From the human T2T-CHM13v2.0 reference genome, Homo sapiens, in the NCBI RefSeq assembly GCF_009914755.1, contig NC_060938.1: a DNA stretch of 64,000 nucleotides, one strand, 5' to 3'. Made by a program: the position numbers and the translations under genes. This document shows, piece after piece, positions 41,642 through 55,521 of this stretch (its first letter is position 1; every line of letters starts with the position of its first letter). The notes below the pieces were generated by a model, which worked only from the letters and a program-made list of their open reading frames with translations, was not told the DNA's origin and did no database searches.

Positions 41642-44600
41642 TTAAAAATAAAGTCTAAAGCTTTAATGACATAATTTTGTTGAATGATGGCGATTATTGC
41701 AAAACATTTTCATTTTTAGATTTATAAGAACCAATTAGAATGAATTTTTTTCATTTCTACATCTTTTGATTTTTTAAATCACCTTTGTGCACATAGCTAT
41801 CTTCAGCATTTTTCAACTTAGGAACTATGTCAAGTAAATTTTGGTGGATAAACATCATAAAAGATCAAATACTGGTACAGCATTTAGCAAAATTAAATGG
41901 TCCAGGTTCTTGTCACAAAATATCGCATGATTAAACTCTTCTCGTTGAGTACGTGGTTGGAAATACTATTTCCTTGTTGTCCTTGGAAATATATGGTTCA
42001 CTCCTTCATTCTTGAGTATGAGAAAGCTCATCTAGAACATGCATCTTTAGACTCATGGTCTGAGATTTTGCTTACATGATCAATTTCACCAATGTCATCT
42101 AGGGTCTAGAGTACTGCCCTCCGTCTCTCTGTGTTCACCTTCTGCTTTAATAATTGTGGAAATTCTTCTGTTTTCTTCTACTTGCTATTATGGGCAAAAA
42201 ATGAAAAATTCTGAACTCTTAACTGTATTCACTGAAAGCTTAAACAAAAAGGACTCTAAAGATGGTGTTTCTCCAGACTTTCATACCTTCTTGAAAGATG
42301 ATGTAACAATTTTGACAATGCTATATGAAAACTGAAGGATATTATAATAATGATCATTTATTTTCCTATCACATTATCCTTTTAGGTAATTCCATCAATG
42401 TTCCATTTCCTTTTTATTTTAGTCTTTATTTTTATAGCATAGTTTGGAATAATTGATTAGTAATGATTCAATAATTCCTAGGATAATGAGATAGTGAGTT
42501 TTGAAAGATACAGAAAAGATCTCGTCTTAGATTTATGAGTCCAAAGAACCCATATGAGATTTACAAAATAGGAGCTTTATTCTATTTTTAAAAAGTAAAT
42601 TTTCTCTTTGTCATTTGGAGGATATCTAAGGAAGAGTAGAAGTCATGAAATATTAATTCTTACATTTAGAACTGCTCAAAAAAGAAGCCCCAAACTAAAA
42701 TTTTTTACAATAAACCTGGATGCTATCTCTTGGATCATAAAGTATTTCCTGTTAATGTCACTGAAAAAAAAAAAAAGTATTTCTTATGGAACTGAAAGTT
42801 TTATAAAGGCCAGCTGCATTTTCATCAGTCTAGGTAACAGGGTCAGGGGTCTCAGCTCATGCTTTCTTTATTGGAAGTGCTCTTCATTCCCCCAAAGGTC
42901 TGGGCACATGTGGCTATTTTGTTCTTGGAGATTCTACCGTTCAAGCCACAGGTCATTGTTCTGGGGTGGACAGTTGGCCCAAGTTGAGAATATGAACTCC
43001 TGTTCCAGATTTTGAATCATAAGGATCAAACAAGGGATACTGGAAGCAAAGAGCTACGTCAGAAATAGCTCCACGGAGCCCAAAGCCCTGGGCAAGACTA
43101 AATTGCAAGGAAGCAGAAAGGAGGAAATCTTCAGAGAAGCCAAGCTCCAAAGGGAAAGAAGGGTATGCAGAATCCAGACAATGTGGCCCAGTGAGTGATA
43201 AAGAGTAACAAAACCTGCCTAAACTTCCTGCAGTTTGGATTCTTTACATTCTTTATACCACCACCCCTTTATTTTAGAATTGGGCTCCTGTTTCTTGAAA
43301 ACAGCAAATCTCTAAAACAGAAACTAGTGCCAGGAATAGGATTACTCAAGTAGCAGATCCTCAGTGAAAATGTAAAACTAACCATGGAGTTAAAGCAAAG
43401 AGAAGGGATAGAGGTAGGGGGTGGACAGAGAGGATTCCCTATTCTATGGAAAACTGGTACTTTGAAGGTAAGTGATAACAAAAGAGCTGAACAATGACCT
43501 ATTATCTCTTGGGACCAAACCACATGTGCAGGTTGTCTGGCTAAAAGCAGATAGAGAAAGGCAGGGAAAATGACCTGTTTCAAAAGGGAAATCTTCTGCT
43601 GAGATTGCTGGAGACCAGGTCCAGATATTATTCATGAGTTTGAAAAAGCTCAAGAGGCCAGCAATTGAAAGAATGTCTAACAGTACCCAGACTAGTGTGG
43701 GAATCCTAAGCCTTTCCCACAGGATAAACATGTTGATGCCCAATCCCAGCCCCACCAACCCCTCGTAAAACACTTTTATAGACTGGAATTTAACCTGTGG
43801 AAGGGAGAGATCTATAGGGCAGACTAGGGAAGAGGTGCTTTCCAGTCCCTGCAAGCAAGCCTCTTTCCAATCACTTGTGCTCCTTTATTCTCTTGAGGAC
43901 AAGGCCATTAGAAACAATGGGAATAGAAAGCTGAATAAAAATCCTGAAGGTAAAAAGGTCATTAGGCAGCCCTGTGATGAAGGGAGCAAATTTATCCCAC
44001 AGAAATTCCTGGCATCACGTTTCAGTCAAAGATGTACTCAGGACAATGACTGAGAGCCCACTAATGTTCTGGGGTAGTTATCACCAGAAGAACCTTAGTC
44101 TTGGACAAGTACCTATCCCAACTCCTATCAAGATGGTGTTGAATCTTGAGCCTCTTCTGCAGGCTCCAGACTCAAGTAGAAAAGGCTGCTGGCACCAGAT
44201 AATAATTACTCAAGTGGAGAGAAGACTCCTCTCTTAGGTCCCTCAGAAGGTAGGCCTGAGGACAATGGAAAGAGGGAATTGTAGTGAGCATATCCTAGGA
44301 CCCCCAAAGCATGACTTAGGAAGTTACTCTATTACCTAGGCAAGAAACAGACTTATGGCATTTATTGGTCTGGACTAGTGATCAGTGTATGATCCTGTTT
44401 TCTAAGTTCCTTCCCTACCATCAAGTCAGCCTCCTTTTCTAATTGATAATTTTTTATTTTAATTTTCCCTACTGAATGGCTGGTGTGCTGATAGTAAAAT
44501 GTGTCACTAAATGTGGAGGATGTCTTTCTGACAGGATGATGATCACATGGACCAGATGCAGAGTGGGGAATAGGTATTTGTAGCTGTACTTATAATACAG

Positions 44601-44789
44601 GATCATGCTAGAAAAGAACATCTTGAGGGATAAAAGTTTGCTTTGCAGAAATGAAATACAGTGGTAAGTCATTGGTGGAATCCAACTAGCCCCTATCTTC
44701 TTGGGAATGATTCCAATGCCTACATTTTCTATGAGGTGACCACAATTTCAGGGCTGCCACAAATGGTTTCGCAAGGTTGTGTGTACACT

Positions 44790-45365
44790 GCAAACTTCTT
44801 ACGAAGAGGTTCGGCCCCATCTGGCCCCAGCTGACTGAGACGCCTGGTCACACTGAGTCTGGTTTAATCTCTGGAGAATATGAGCTAAGAAACACAAAAC
44901 ATGAGGTAAGCAGCAGTCACTGGAGTTGTGAAGTTCTAGAGCTGAGTTCAGAGTTTGCACCATAGCAGCTCAAACACAACAAGCCGAGGCTCTGAAGACA
45001 GGACTAATGAAGACAGGACTAACATGTCACTCCATGTGGGGAAGCAGAGATAAAAAGGTCTTCAGAGAAACCAGTCCACAGAAAGATAATATAGTAGGTA
45101 CATAGATGATTATGTGTAAGATTTAAAAAACAAAGGCAGAGGAACAGAGACAAAAGGAGAGGGAGAGCAGAAAACAAGGTGAGTAGAGGACAGAGACAAA
45201 GAATGAGAGGCAGTCAGAGACACAGAAAGAGATTAATTGCTGGCGACTTTCTAGATCCTACAGTGTTTCACTGTACTTCCTGCAATAAAGTTCCAGATTT
45301 CTGCTCCTTTTTAGCAACAACTCTTTTCCAAGCTATTTGGTAGATTTCTGATTCTTGCAACCAAA
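44790..45365 (+). mobile_element. Ancient ERVL/MaLR-class LTR (LTR16/LTR33-like)
   Basis: GA-rich body, aataaa, terminal ttcttgcaaccaaa. Confidence 0.45.
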
Positions 45366-45367
45366 CC

Positions 45368-45510
45368 TTTTTTGTTTGTTTTTTAAGACAGTGTCTCACT
45401 CTGTCACCCAGGCTGGAATACAGTGCATCACTGCAGCCTTGACCTTCTGGGGTCAAGTGATCCTCCTACCTCAGCCTCCCAAAGTGCTGAGATTACAGGA
45501 GTGAACCACC
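45368..45510 (-). mobile_element. FLAM/Alu monomer
   Basis: gtctcactctgtcacccaggctgg...cctcccaaagtgctg. Confidence 0.85.
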
Positions 45511-45719
45511 AAACAATTATTGACCTGAACAACTGCTCCATGAAAGAATTTCCACATAACTGTAGCTGCATCTTTCAAATGTTTAATTTATAACTGTGGT
45601 AATGTATGTACTGCCTAATGTAACTGGGGTATTGTAAAGGGGAGGCTCTCAAAAGAGAGGTACTATAATTTCTTTGTAATATCCTAATTGCTGTCCAAAA
45701 ACAGACCTGGTTTTATAAT

Positions 45720-45912
45720 ATTAGCTAACATCTACTGAGCAATTCCCTTGGGACAGACAGTTTCAAACATGCAAGATCTCACCTCTTCTTCGTAACAATC
45801 AATAAGGTAGTCTCTACTATTGTCATTCCCATTTCACAGACTGGGAAATAAGAACAAAGACAGATTAAGTAAATTGATCAAAGTCACACCGTCAAAGGGA
45901 TAAAGCTGGATC
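45720..45912 (-). mobile_element. MIR abutting the MBIP 3' end
   Basis: cccatttcacagactgggaaata...gattaagtaaattgatcaaagtcacac. Confidence 0.7.
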
Positions 45913-46419
45913 TATTGTTTATTTACATGAATACTGACATCTTAAAGATTAAGAAAAACAAGTTCATACACATGCATTTAAAATTCATTTCAGTCAATAA
46001 ATTTTTGTTGAATGCTTATTATATGCAAAGTACTGATTTAAACTAATAAACTGGTTAACATCAATGTTACAAATATAAAGTCCTTTTAAAGTATCAATAT
46101 CAAAATAAATCTTCCTTCCTGTGGTCCACAAAAGAAAAAAGATGTACCAGCACTTGTAAATTAAGTTTTTCAATTTCCAAAATACCTCCTTTAAAACAGA
46201 AGGGAATAAATTCCAACAATGCTATTTTCAATGCATTCATTATTTCAAAACTTACTGGAATATTTGAAGATTACTTGCTGCAAGCTGGACTCATGTGAAA
46301 ATAAACCTTGACTTCACAGAGAAGTCTACATTGATAAATATATATCCGTTGAATTAATAACAGTGTAAGTTACACATATGTATACAAAAAAGTAAAATGA
46401 CAAGGACGAGAGGAGTTTT
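45893..46419 (-). other. MBIP: MBIP 3' UTR (3' end approximate)
   Basis: AU-rich sequence between the stop codon and the first minus-strand AATAAA I found; cleavage site inferred ~25 nt past the signal. Confidence 0.75.
45918..45923 (-). terminator. MBIP polyadenylation signal AATAAA
   Basis: tttatt on + strand; UGUA just upstream and GU-rich GGTGTGACTTTG downstream on the minus strand. Confidence 0.75.
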
Positions 46420-46527
46420 TCATGGAAGGTGGTGGGTTGCCATGGATTCTGCTTCTCTTGATTTTCTGAGGAGGGCTTGTTTGAGGGCACTAATTTTCTC
46501 ATCAAGTTCAGCCAGTGAATAGTTCTG
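46420..46527 (-). CDS. MBIP: MBIP terminal coding exon 9 (QNYSLAELDEKISALKQALLRKSREAESMATHHLP*)
   Basis: Acceptor ttacag|CAG, TGA stop at 46420-46422; recognisable MBIP C-terminus in ORF 46420..46677. Confidence 0.95.
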   Translation of the reverse strand, partial: QNYSLAELDEKISALKQALLRKSREAESMATHHLP

Positions 46528-46821
46528 CTGTAAACAATAACGACACAAATTGCTGAATAAGATTCTGAAGTATCTTAATGCAGATAAAGTGCCAAATGAA
46601 CTATAAATATTTAAAATATTCAAAAGCATGATCAAATGGTTTTTTTCCCTCATGAGAATAATCTTAAAACTGAGCAACTATATATGTTGACTATATCATA
46701 AATTTAAAGGCATAAAATAACAAGGCTTAAATATTTCTTTTTCTCTTTTCTAATGACTAAGCTCTCCTGAACCTTTTATACTTAGAAAGAATAAGTTAAA
46801 AAAAAAAAAAAGCCTGATTAT

Positions 46822-47005
46822 TAGACACTGGAGCCTATTTGAAGATGGGAGGAGGGAGAGGACTGAAAAACTGCCTATTGGGTATTATGCTGATTGCCTG
46901 GGTGACAAAATTATCTGTACACCAAACCCCCATGACATGCAATTTACCCATGTAACAAAGCTGAAAAACCCTTGAGCTTAAGTAAAAGTTGGAAAGAAGA
47001 AGAAA
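46822..47005 (+). mobile_element. Old L1P 3' end fragment
   Basis: cctattgggtattatgct...atctgtacaccaaacccccatgacatgcaatttacc. Confidence 0.8.
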
Positions 47006-47224
47006 AATGCTAATTATACTACTACCAGGAGAAAAAAATCATTTGAGACATCAACTATCCCTTTTAATGGAAAACTTTCTATGTTGATTACTAAAGTTAA
47101 CCTGAAGTGGAAAATAGTGAAGAAAATACTTCTTTTACCTTCCAATAAAAATTGGATTTATTCAAGTCTACCTATGTGAACACCCTCACTTATATATTAA
47201 TATTTCTAATTTAGACACAAGTAT

Positions 47225-47410
47225 TATGTAGTGGCTATTAGGGGGTAAAGAGAAGGGGAAATTGGGACTGAGTGCTAATAGATACAGGGTTTTGGGGGGG
47301 CAGTGATGGAAATGTTCTAGACTTAGTGGTGATGGTTGCACAACATAGTGAATATACTAATAGCCACTTTAAAATGATGAATTTTATGTTATGTGAATTG
47401 TATTTTTAAA
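47225..47410 (+). mobile_element. L1MB 3' fragment
   Basis: gtgatggaaatgttctaga...gtggtgatggttgcacaaca. Confidence 0.75.
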
Positions 47411-48120
47411 GCAGCAACGAAGTGTTACAGTTTACTACATAAGAGAATAACTTTTAAAAACCTGATTATTCTCATAATCAATAGTAAAAAAAGTTAGTTA
47501 ACTTTAAAAATAGCTGCTTAAAATACTTAGAAATTCTCTCTTGAGGGATCAACTATAATAATTTACTTCGGGAAAAAATAGCTGCTATCAAAAAACTTAC
47601 TCAGAATTTTACAAGAAAAAAATATGCTACTCTTAAAAATCAGAAAGTTTTCTCCAACTTTAAATTCACATTACCACTGTTAAATTCTAGCAAAGCCTTA
47701 CTATTTAAGGTTCAACTAATTAGTAAAGTAGCACTTTAGACAGGGCTGGCTGAAGTCAAACTCTGCCAAACACCCTTTTTGATCTAGGTGCTGCTAATTA
47801 GAAGTGTTCACAAAAGGAAGGGATGGGGGGAGACTGAAATTACTTGAGCACTTACTATTTTTAAGCACTTTGTGAATGACACATCCTTGTACTACTAAAA
47901 GCAGGACAAAGGTTTTATTTATTTAACCTATCTGAGTCATTCCATGCCCTTAAAATAATTTTTCTATTCAACTGTATTAGTTTATACTGCCCTTTTCTTC
48001 AGTCCTAAATTTTACCAGGGTATGACCTAAAAGCAACCATAGTAGAAACTTTTATTAATAAGAAAGGTATAAAACTAATCAAACTATTTCAGAAACCAAA
48101 ATGAAAATGCAGTAACTTAC

Positions 48121-48159
48121 TTGAGGTGGTTGAACTTTTCTTCTTTTTCCAGAAAAGCT
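48121..48159 (-). CDS. MBIP: MBIP coding exon 8 (39 nt, SFSGKRRKVQPPQ)
   Basis: Polypyrimidine tract then ctag|AGC acceptor, CAA|gtaagt donor; phase 0-0. Confidence 0.93.
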
Positions 48160-48609
48160 CTAGATTAAAAAAAAAAAGGTAATGTTTAGAAAAATCTAAG
48201 CATCATTTTTTTTTCTTTATAAAATACTGTACAAATTATGTACAGCCTTGGGAACCCTGACAGAAAAAAAACCAACCAATTTACCAATACCAATTACTGT
48301 CTGTAACCAACATCTACCTTATATTCTGCAAGTTACCCTCTAAAGAGGATGACGTTAACAATATATAATAGTAATATTGCAGCAACATGCTCATCCTTGG
48401 CAATACATATTTTCCCATCAACTACCCGCTGCTAATGAGCCTGAGTGATTTCGGAAAGAGGTGCTCTGGGGATTTTCTGCTTAGTTTTTTTTCATAACCT
48501 TTCCATCCTAGGGTATTGAACAAGTGAAGTGACAACAGACAAAGGAAAAACGGAATCTGGTATATGAGGCCAAGGGGTGAAAACACACATACACACACCC
48601 TGGACTGAC

Positions 48610-49085
48610 TATAGTAGACACTGTGGTTGTTTATGCAAGCAGCTACCTATCCACTACTTCTCTGTGTGGCCCAAGCCAATGGCTTCCCGGTCTTGTCAGT
48701 GACTGAAATGGGCATGGGTCCAGTTCTGGCCAATGAGTAAAGGAGAGGTCTGCTGGAGATTAAGAGGAGAGCTTCTGGAAAAAGCTTCCTCACATCTTTT
48801 GAGAGAAAGCCCTTAAAGAAGGCAGTTCCTCAGGATACTGCCGTATTGGGTAAGACACCTGAAAGTGCTGTAGCCATCTTGCCATCTGCCTGGGAAAGAA
48901 GTTAACACCAAGCAGAGTTAAGAGGGGAAAGAAACCTGTTTGTCACAATTATGATTTAGCCACTGAATCAATTAAATCTGAAGCTTGTGCTACCATGGAC
49001 TTCCTATTTTATAATTTACATAATGTTTAAGCCAGTTTTGAGTTCAAATTTCTTAGTTGAAGCTAACAACATTCTCACTGATCCA
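48610..49085 (+). mobile_element. MLT1 LTR
   Basis: cagttctggccaatgag...gtagccatcttgcc...tgtttaagcca. Confidence 0.7.
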
Positions 49086-49545
49086 CTAATGAGCCTTTTA
49101 AACTTTGGCCTAATGAATTCTTTCTAGACTTTTTCTTAGTTTCACACAAGCACTAGCTTTTGAATGGCAAATTAGTAAATGAGTATATTTGACAAAGAAA
49201 CTGTGAATGTCCAAGACAAAATGTTCTCATGAGCATTTCTGACTACTGAGATTTTAAAGACAGCATTAAAACTCACATTTTCCTTTGTGTCAAAAGTTGA
49301 TTCAAAGAACATCTAGGTATGCTTATCAAGTTACAATAAATGGGAAATCATTAAGTATTAGAATTAGTAATTAAGAAATAATAGAGCTCAGATAATTATG
49401 CTCCTTCCTTTGCCAAACCAAGCTGGATACCTGTGGTAGGGCCTATGGGCAAATAAGGAATCAATGTTTAATTTGGCGATTGATCAGTCTCCTAACTTCC
49501 TAAGAGGTGGCTTTTTATACACTTGATGCAAATATAATTGCCCTT

Positions 49546-49873
<328 letters not shown>

Positions 49874-50137
49874 TTAACCTGTAATATATTGATAGTTTCC
49901 ATGCTATTAAACAATCAGATTACTACTGTATCATAGAACCAAAGCAAGAAATATTAGAATGAGGAAAATAAGGTCATCAGTCGCTCAGTGACTTAAAAAC
50001 AGTAAAATGTGGCCTTTTGGACTTGTTTTAGCTCTGAGCAGAATATTTTGATAAAAAGAACACTTAGAAATACCATATCTACCGTGGATACACTAGATTA
50101 ACTTTACTGTTTGTTTTAGGTATAAGGAAATCTCAGT

Positions 50138-50535
50138 ACAGTTCCTGACTTATGATGGCTAGATAAGGTTTTTCAAATTTACAATGCTGTGAAAGTGACA
50201 GACATTCAGTAGAAACTGTACTTCAAATGCTGAATTTTGATCTTTTCCTGGGCTAGTGACATGTGATACGATGCTCTCTTGTGATGCTGGGCAGTGGCAG
50301 TGAGCAAAGATCCCAGTCAGCCATGGGGTATGAGGGTAAACACCCGATACTCTACAGTGTACTGTGCTGCCAAGGGACTTTCCTCAACTGTACATGATAG
50401 GCCAGTGTACACATTCTGAACATGTTTTAGGCTAGGCTAAGCTATGATGTTTGGTAGGTTAGAGGTGTTGAATGCATTTTAGACTTAATAATATTTTCAG
50501 TTTTTGATGGGTTTATTGGGACATAACCCCATCTG
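50138..50535. mobile_element. MER47/Tigger5-like TcMar element
   Basis: aggctaggctaagctatgatgtttggtaggtta...gatgggtttattgggacataacccc. Confidence 0.75.
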
Positions 50536-50680
50536 TATAGAAGTATAAAAGGTGGACATTTTAACAGGTTTTGGTACCTGAGAGAAAATACTTGAGAGCA
50601 CAGCACACTAAAGAAAGAGCTGGAGAAAGGTAATGCAAAATTGTCTCTCCTCACCCATTATTTTACCTTACCAGGTTCCT

Positions 50681-51006
50681 AGTCATGCATCGCTTAATGA
50701 TGGGGATATATTCTGAGAAATGTGTTAATTTTGTCATTGTGTGAACATCATAGAGTATACTTATAGAAACCTAGATGGTACACACCTAGGCTATATGGTA
50801 TAGTCTATTGCTCCTAGCATATAAACCTTACGGCATGTTTCTGTATTGAATACTGTAGGCAAGTGTAACACAATGGTATATGTGTATCTAAACACGTCTC
50901 AACATAGAAAAGATACAGTAAAAATACCATACTATAATTTTATGGGATCACTGTAATATATGCAGTTGACTGTTGACTGAAACATCCTTATGCAGAGCAT
51001 GACTGT
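50681..51006. mobile_element. Tigger3a (MER7A)-like
   Basis: agtcatgcatcgcttaatgatggggatatattctgagaaatg ... gcatgactg. Confidence 0.85.
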
Positions 51007-52829
51007 CATACACACGTTCACGCACATGCACACACACATATGAATCCAGGGAACCAGTGCTCTAAGGAAACTCAAGGGTAAGGAGGCCTCTTCCATGACT
51101 GGCTTGCTTTCTTTCAGTTGTAAAAGGCAACTGATTCTATGCGTGCAGTATCTAAAATGTTTTTCTTCCCTTCTAGTCCCAGAGCCCTGATTCAGACCTT
51201 CATTTCTCTCTGGCTTGGATAATGACATGTTTCCTAAACTAGTTTCCTTGACTCCAATTTCTCTCCAACTCAGACTTCATAATGCCACCAGACAGGGACC
51301 TAAATTACAAGTTTCTCTCTTTCTCTAAAACTTAATTGTGCTCCAATGATACTAGAAGTGCAAACTGGTTAGTGTGACCTTCAAGGCCCTCTGAAATATG
51401 TTTACAATCTAATTTTCTAGCTGAATCCAGTTGTTCACTCATGCTTCAGACCCACCACACGTTCACACGCACATGGCCTGTGTACATGATGTTGACCTGA
51501 TTTTCAGCATTCCCCTCCCCCGATACTTCCCTTAAGAACCAGGAGTTACTGTTACAGACTAAAAATTACTCTCAGTCAGTGCTTTGAACAAAGTTAACAC
51601 ACCTTCAAAGTCCAATAATGAGCTATCAGCCAAGTCCTATCCATTCATTTGCACATCTACTCAATATTGACTACATTCTGTGTCTCAAAGATGAACAAGA
51701 CATAGTTCCTGCCCTTGAGAGTTTCAAAATATAAAGTGAAAAACATGTATAAACATATGAGTGATAAATGCTATAAACTAAACAATATACTTGTAAAAGC
51801 ATGTTGGTACTTACTGTTTTCAAGTATCATAATTTAAAATCAGTAAGTCTTTGGAAATACTCTAAGATCGTTCTTTTAAATGGACTGTTAAGGCCATGCC
51901 CTTAAACTTTTGAAAACATTACATTTAAAGCTTTCCATGGCTAATGTGAAGAATAAAGATCTTTAGAACTCTTATATCAAAATGTCCAACAAGTATTATT
52001 AACTTTTGTCATAAATCCTGTTTTATACACATATAACTTATTTTGGAGTTTTATGTCTGGTCGTAAAATGAGAACTTTACATAATCTGATTACATTTTAT
52101 AAAACAAATACAAATGACATCTTTTTTCCCCATAAATATTTGTTTTTCTATGCTACGCTTCAATGTTACCCATGATAATCAATCTCTATCCAATTGTAAG
52201 AAGCTCCCCCATGTTTAGAATTCATCTACATGTGAATCTGAATAAACACATTTCAATGAAAATCTTTTCAGAGTTCAGGAGTTCCAACAAAAGTTCAATC
52301 CTTAATAAACTGAATGGGCTCAACTTTCCTTTCCTATCTTTAGAAGCTATAGGACTGTGCTACATATGTAGTTTCTTCTGTATACTTTTGAGGGATAAAT
52401 ATGTAAAATTATGCAATTACCATGCATGTACTCCCAGCATGATGGTGAGGGTGATGAATAATGTACTATGTCCTCTGTAAGGTATGTGCTCAACTTCTCC
52501 TGTTTGCAAGGACACTCTTAGAGCTGACTGTATTCCAAGTGAGGTTCCTAAAGATGGCTCATTCATCCTATTATAGAAGGGTGATGAGTATGAAATCTTC
52601 TTTCCCATAGGGCTTGTGTCATGTATGTTCACAGGCCTAAAGGACAGAATGAGTCTGAATGTTTAAACTTTCCAGTGTTTTGTTCTTCCTTGTAGCTCAC
52701 TACTAATTTAATGTGTCACTTACAACACTAATCCAGAAGAACTGCAGTTCTTCTAAAAGATATATAGTTTTTTTTTTTAACATATTTGGAAATACTTTTA
52801 AAAATCACCTGTTTTATCACAGGTTGCCA

Positions 52830-53500
52830 CCATCCATCCTTTTCTGAATGCTTAATACATATATGCCAATCCTCTGTTTACATTTACAAATGCTTCCTGC
52901 CCCTGAAATTAGGCAGTCACCAAGCTTCAGACTTCAGGCCTCAGACAATCTGTGTTCCTATCCATCAATGGACTCTCACACTACACAGACTCTCCCAATT
53001 GTCCCAAGTGTAAGTGCCGTATCTCAAAAAGCTTACCTGATGTTTTTACCTTCATAACCTCCTCTGCCTTCAAATTCACATTTCCCACAAAAGTATCTCT
53101 CTCTCTAGATTTTCTTATTTCTATCAATGATGGTATCATTTTTCCAACCAGAAACTGGACTCTATCCTTGTTCTCTGTCTCTTTCCACATCCAATCATCA
53201 GTATTTGTCCATTTTTTTTCCTACTTGCATTAATCTTTTCCATTCTCACTCATGTCCCTATTTTAGGATCTAACTTCACATCTAAGCTAGCATAATACTA
53301 TCTCCTTATCCTTAGTTTCTCTCGTTTGTCTCCCACAACTGTATTAGATAAATCTTTCTAAATATCGTGTTCACAAATCACTTCTCTGCTCAAATGCTTT
53401 CAGTAGATTCCCCCTGCTGCCTGCCTGGAAAATAGATTTTAAACTTCTGAGCATAGCACTTAAGGTCCTAACAATCTGGCTACTTCTACCTCTTTACCCA
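52830..53500 (+). mobile_element. L2 fragment
   Basis: Pyrimidine-rich L2 3' motifs (tcacttctctgctcaaatgctttcagtag). Confidence 0.55.
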
Positions 53501-53583
53501 CTCTATCCTATCTGTAACAGATCAAAACAAAACAAAAAGATTATGATGTGGAGGGCTTTTTTTTTTGTTAAATACATCTATAA

Positions 53584-53947
<364 letters not shown>

Positions 53948-55423
53948 TGATGCTGCAGCAAGTTCTCATTGGAGGCATCTGATTTTACCATACTCTATTG
54001 TAAGATCGGTTCTATCGTTAATAAGAATTATATTAACAAGGTATGAAATTGAACTAGAAAAATAACTTTCCTAGGTTATTGCCTTCTTTAATGAAGGCAG
54101 TTAGAATGGGAAAAACTTATGGTAGACTACTGTAGGAAAAGTCATTAAAAATCTTTATGAAGTCTCCTAGGAAGACATTCAAAGAATAATCCTAAAAGTG
54201 AAAAGACCTTTGTAATTATGTAGTACAACCAATACATTTTCTAAAATTAGACATCTTGAAGATCAGAGGAATAGAGTGACTTTTCCACGTTTATACAGCT
54301 ACTTTGTAGTTATAAAACTAAATAAATGCCAATGAGGTTTTTACCATGTGCTAAGCAGTATGCTAAGTGTTTGATCAGCATTATCTCATTTGATCTTTGC
54401 TTCAGCCCTTAGTATTTTCATAAACCTCATTTTACATTTGAGAGTAGTAAATCACTAAAACTCTTCTCTGAAATTTTGTCATTTAGGACTTGCTGCTCCC
54501 TTTTGTTACGTGACCTGCCTTCTTCTTCTGGAAATACTTCTTTTCTGTAACTCACTCTTATACTCAATCTATAACTTTGGAAGATTGCTGTCATACCTAA
54601 AATAAATTTTAAATATATTTTCACCACTAACTTATATGATCCATGCTAAAATGGGCTATCTCACATAATTTTTCAGAAATAGGAGTTTTGGTATAATCTC
54701 ACTTTGATATTATTTTAGTTCTAATATGGTACTGCTTTAAAAAAAAAACAAAACTTAGAGAAGGCAGGTATTATACATAATCACCTCAGAAGACTGAGGA
54801 AAACACAATGAGCTCAGGATCATTTTTCTGAAAAATGTTGATGTGCCAAAGATACTAACTTACCAGCACAACACTGTTTCTTAAGGTTCTTGGAAAACGG
54901 GGTAAGAATGAATGAATGCTAGAGTTAAGGAATTACAAAAACATAGAAAGTCTGGTGGTTAAGGTAAAGAATAAGAGTGGCAGCTTGAGGTGTGTGTTTG
55001 TTTAGTATTAACTGCATATGAGCTGAGAGAAGGAGCCTGTTGGGGAAGAGAGATTAAAGAGGCAGAGGGATCACTGAAAGAGCAAGGTTACAGAGGAAGC
55101 CTCTGTTTTACAAGGTAGCAAGTTCAGAGTAACAGGCCCAACCACCACCCAGGCTGACTTACTATGCCATGAAAATGGCCTAAGTTTGAGAATGTGGGTA
55201 ATATATAATAGAAGTATCCCTTTTTAAAAATTCTAAATTTTAAAAATATTCAGAACCAGAGATTTTAAGGAATTAGATATATCCCCTATACAGGACTGTG
55301 TTCATTCATCTTTGAATTATTAAAATAGTGTTTTGCTTATAGATCAATGAGTGACTGTTAAACCACAAAGAATCCAGAATACAATAACATTTTCATTTAT
55401 TTTTAAAAGACACTTATACTCAC

Positions 55424-55521
55424 TACAGACTGAAAATATTCAGGAGAGATGCCTTCCAATTCAAGGATTTTATCCTCAAGTTTTTTAATTCTCTGATAAA
55501 TGTCTCTTGGCACTGGACCAC
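55424..55521 (-). CDS. MBIP: MBIP coding exon 7 (98 nt, GPVPRDIYQRIKKLEDKILELEGISPEYFQSV; leucine-zipper-like heptads)
   Basis: Acceptor atttag|GTG, donor GTA|gtgagt; frame continuous with exon 6. Confidence 0.94.

Noticed and set aside
42608-43854. Cluster of 104-136 aa ORFs
   Set aside because: On both strands, with no gag/pol/env or cellular motifs recognisable.
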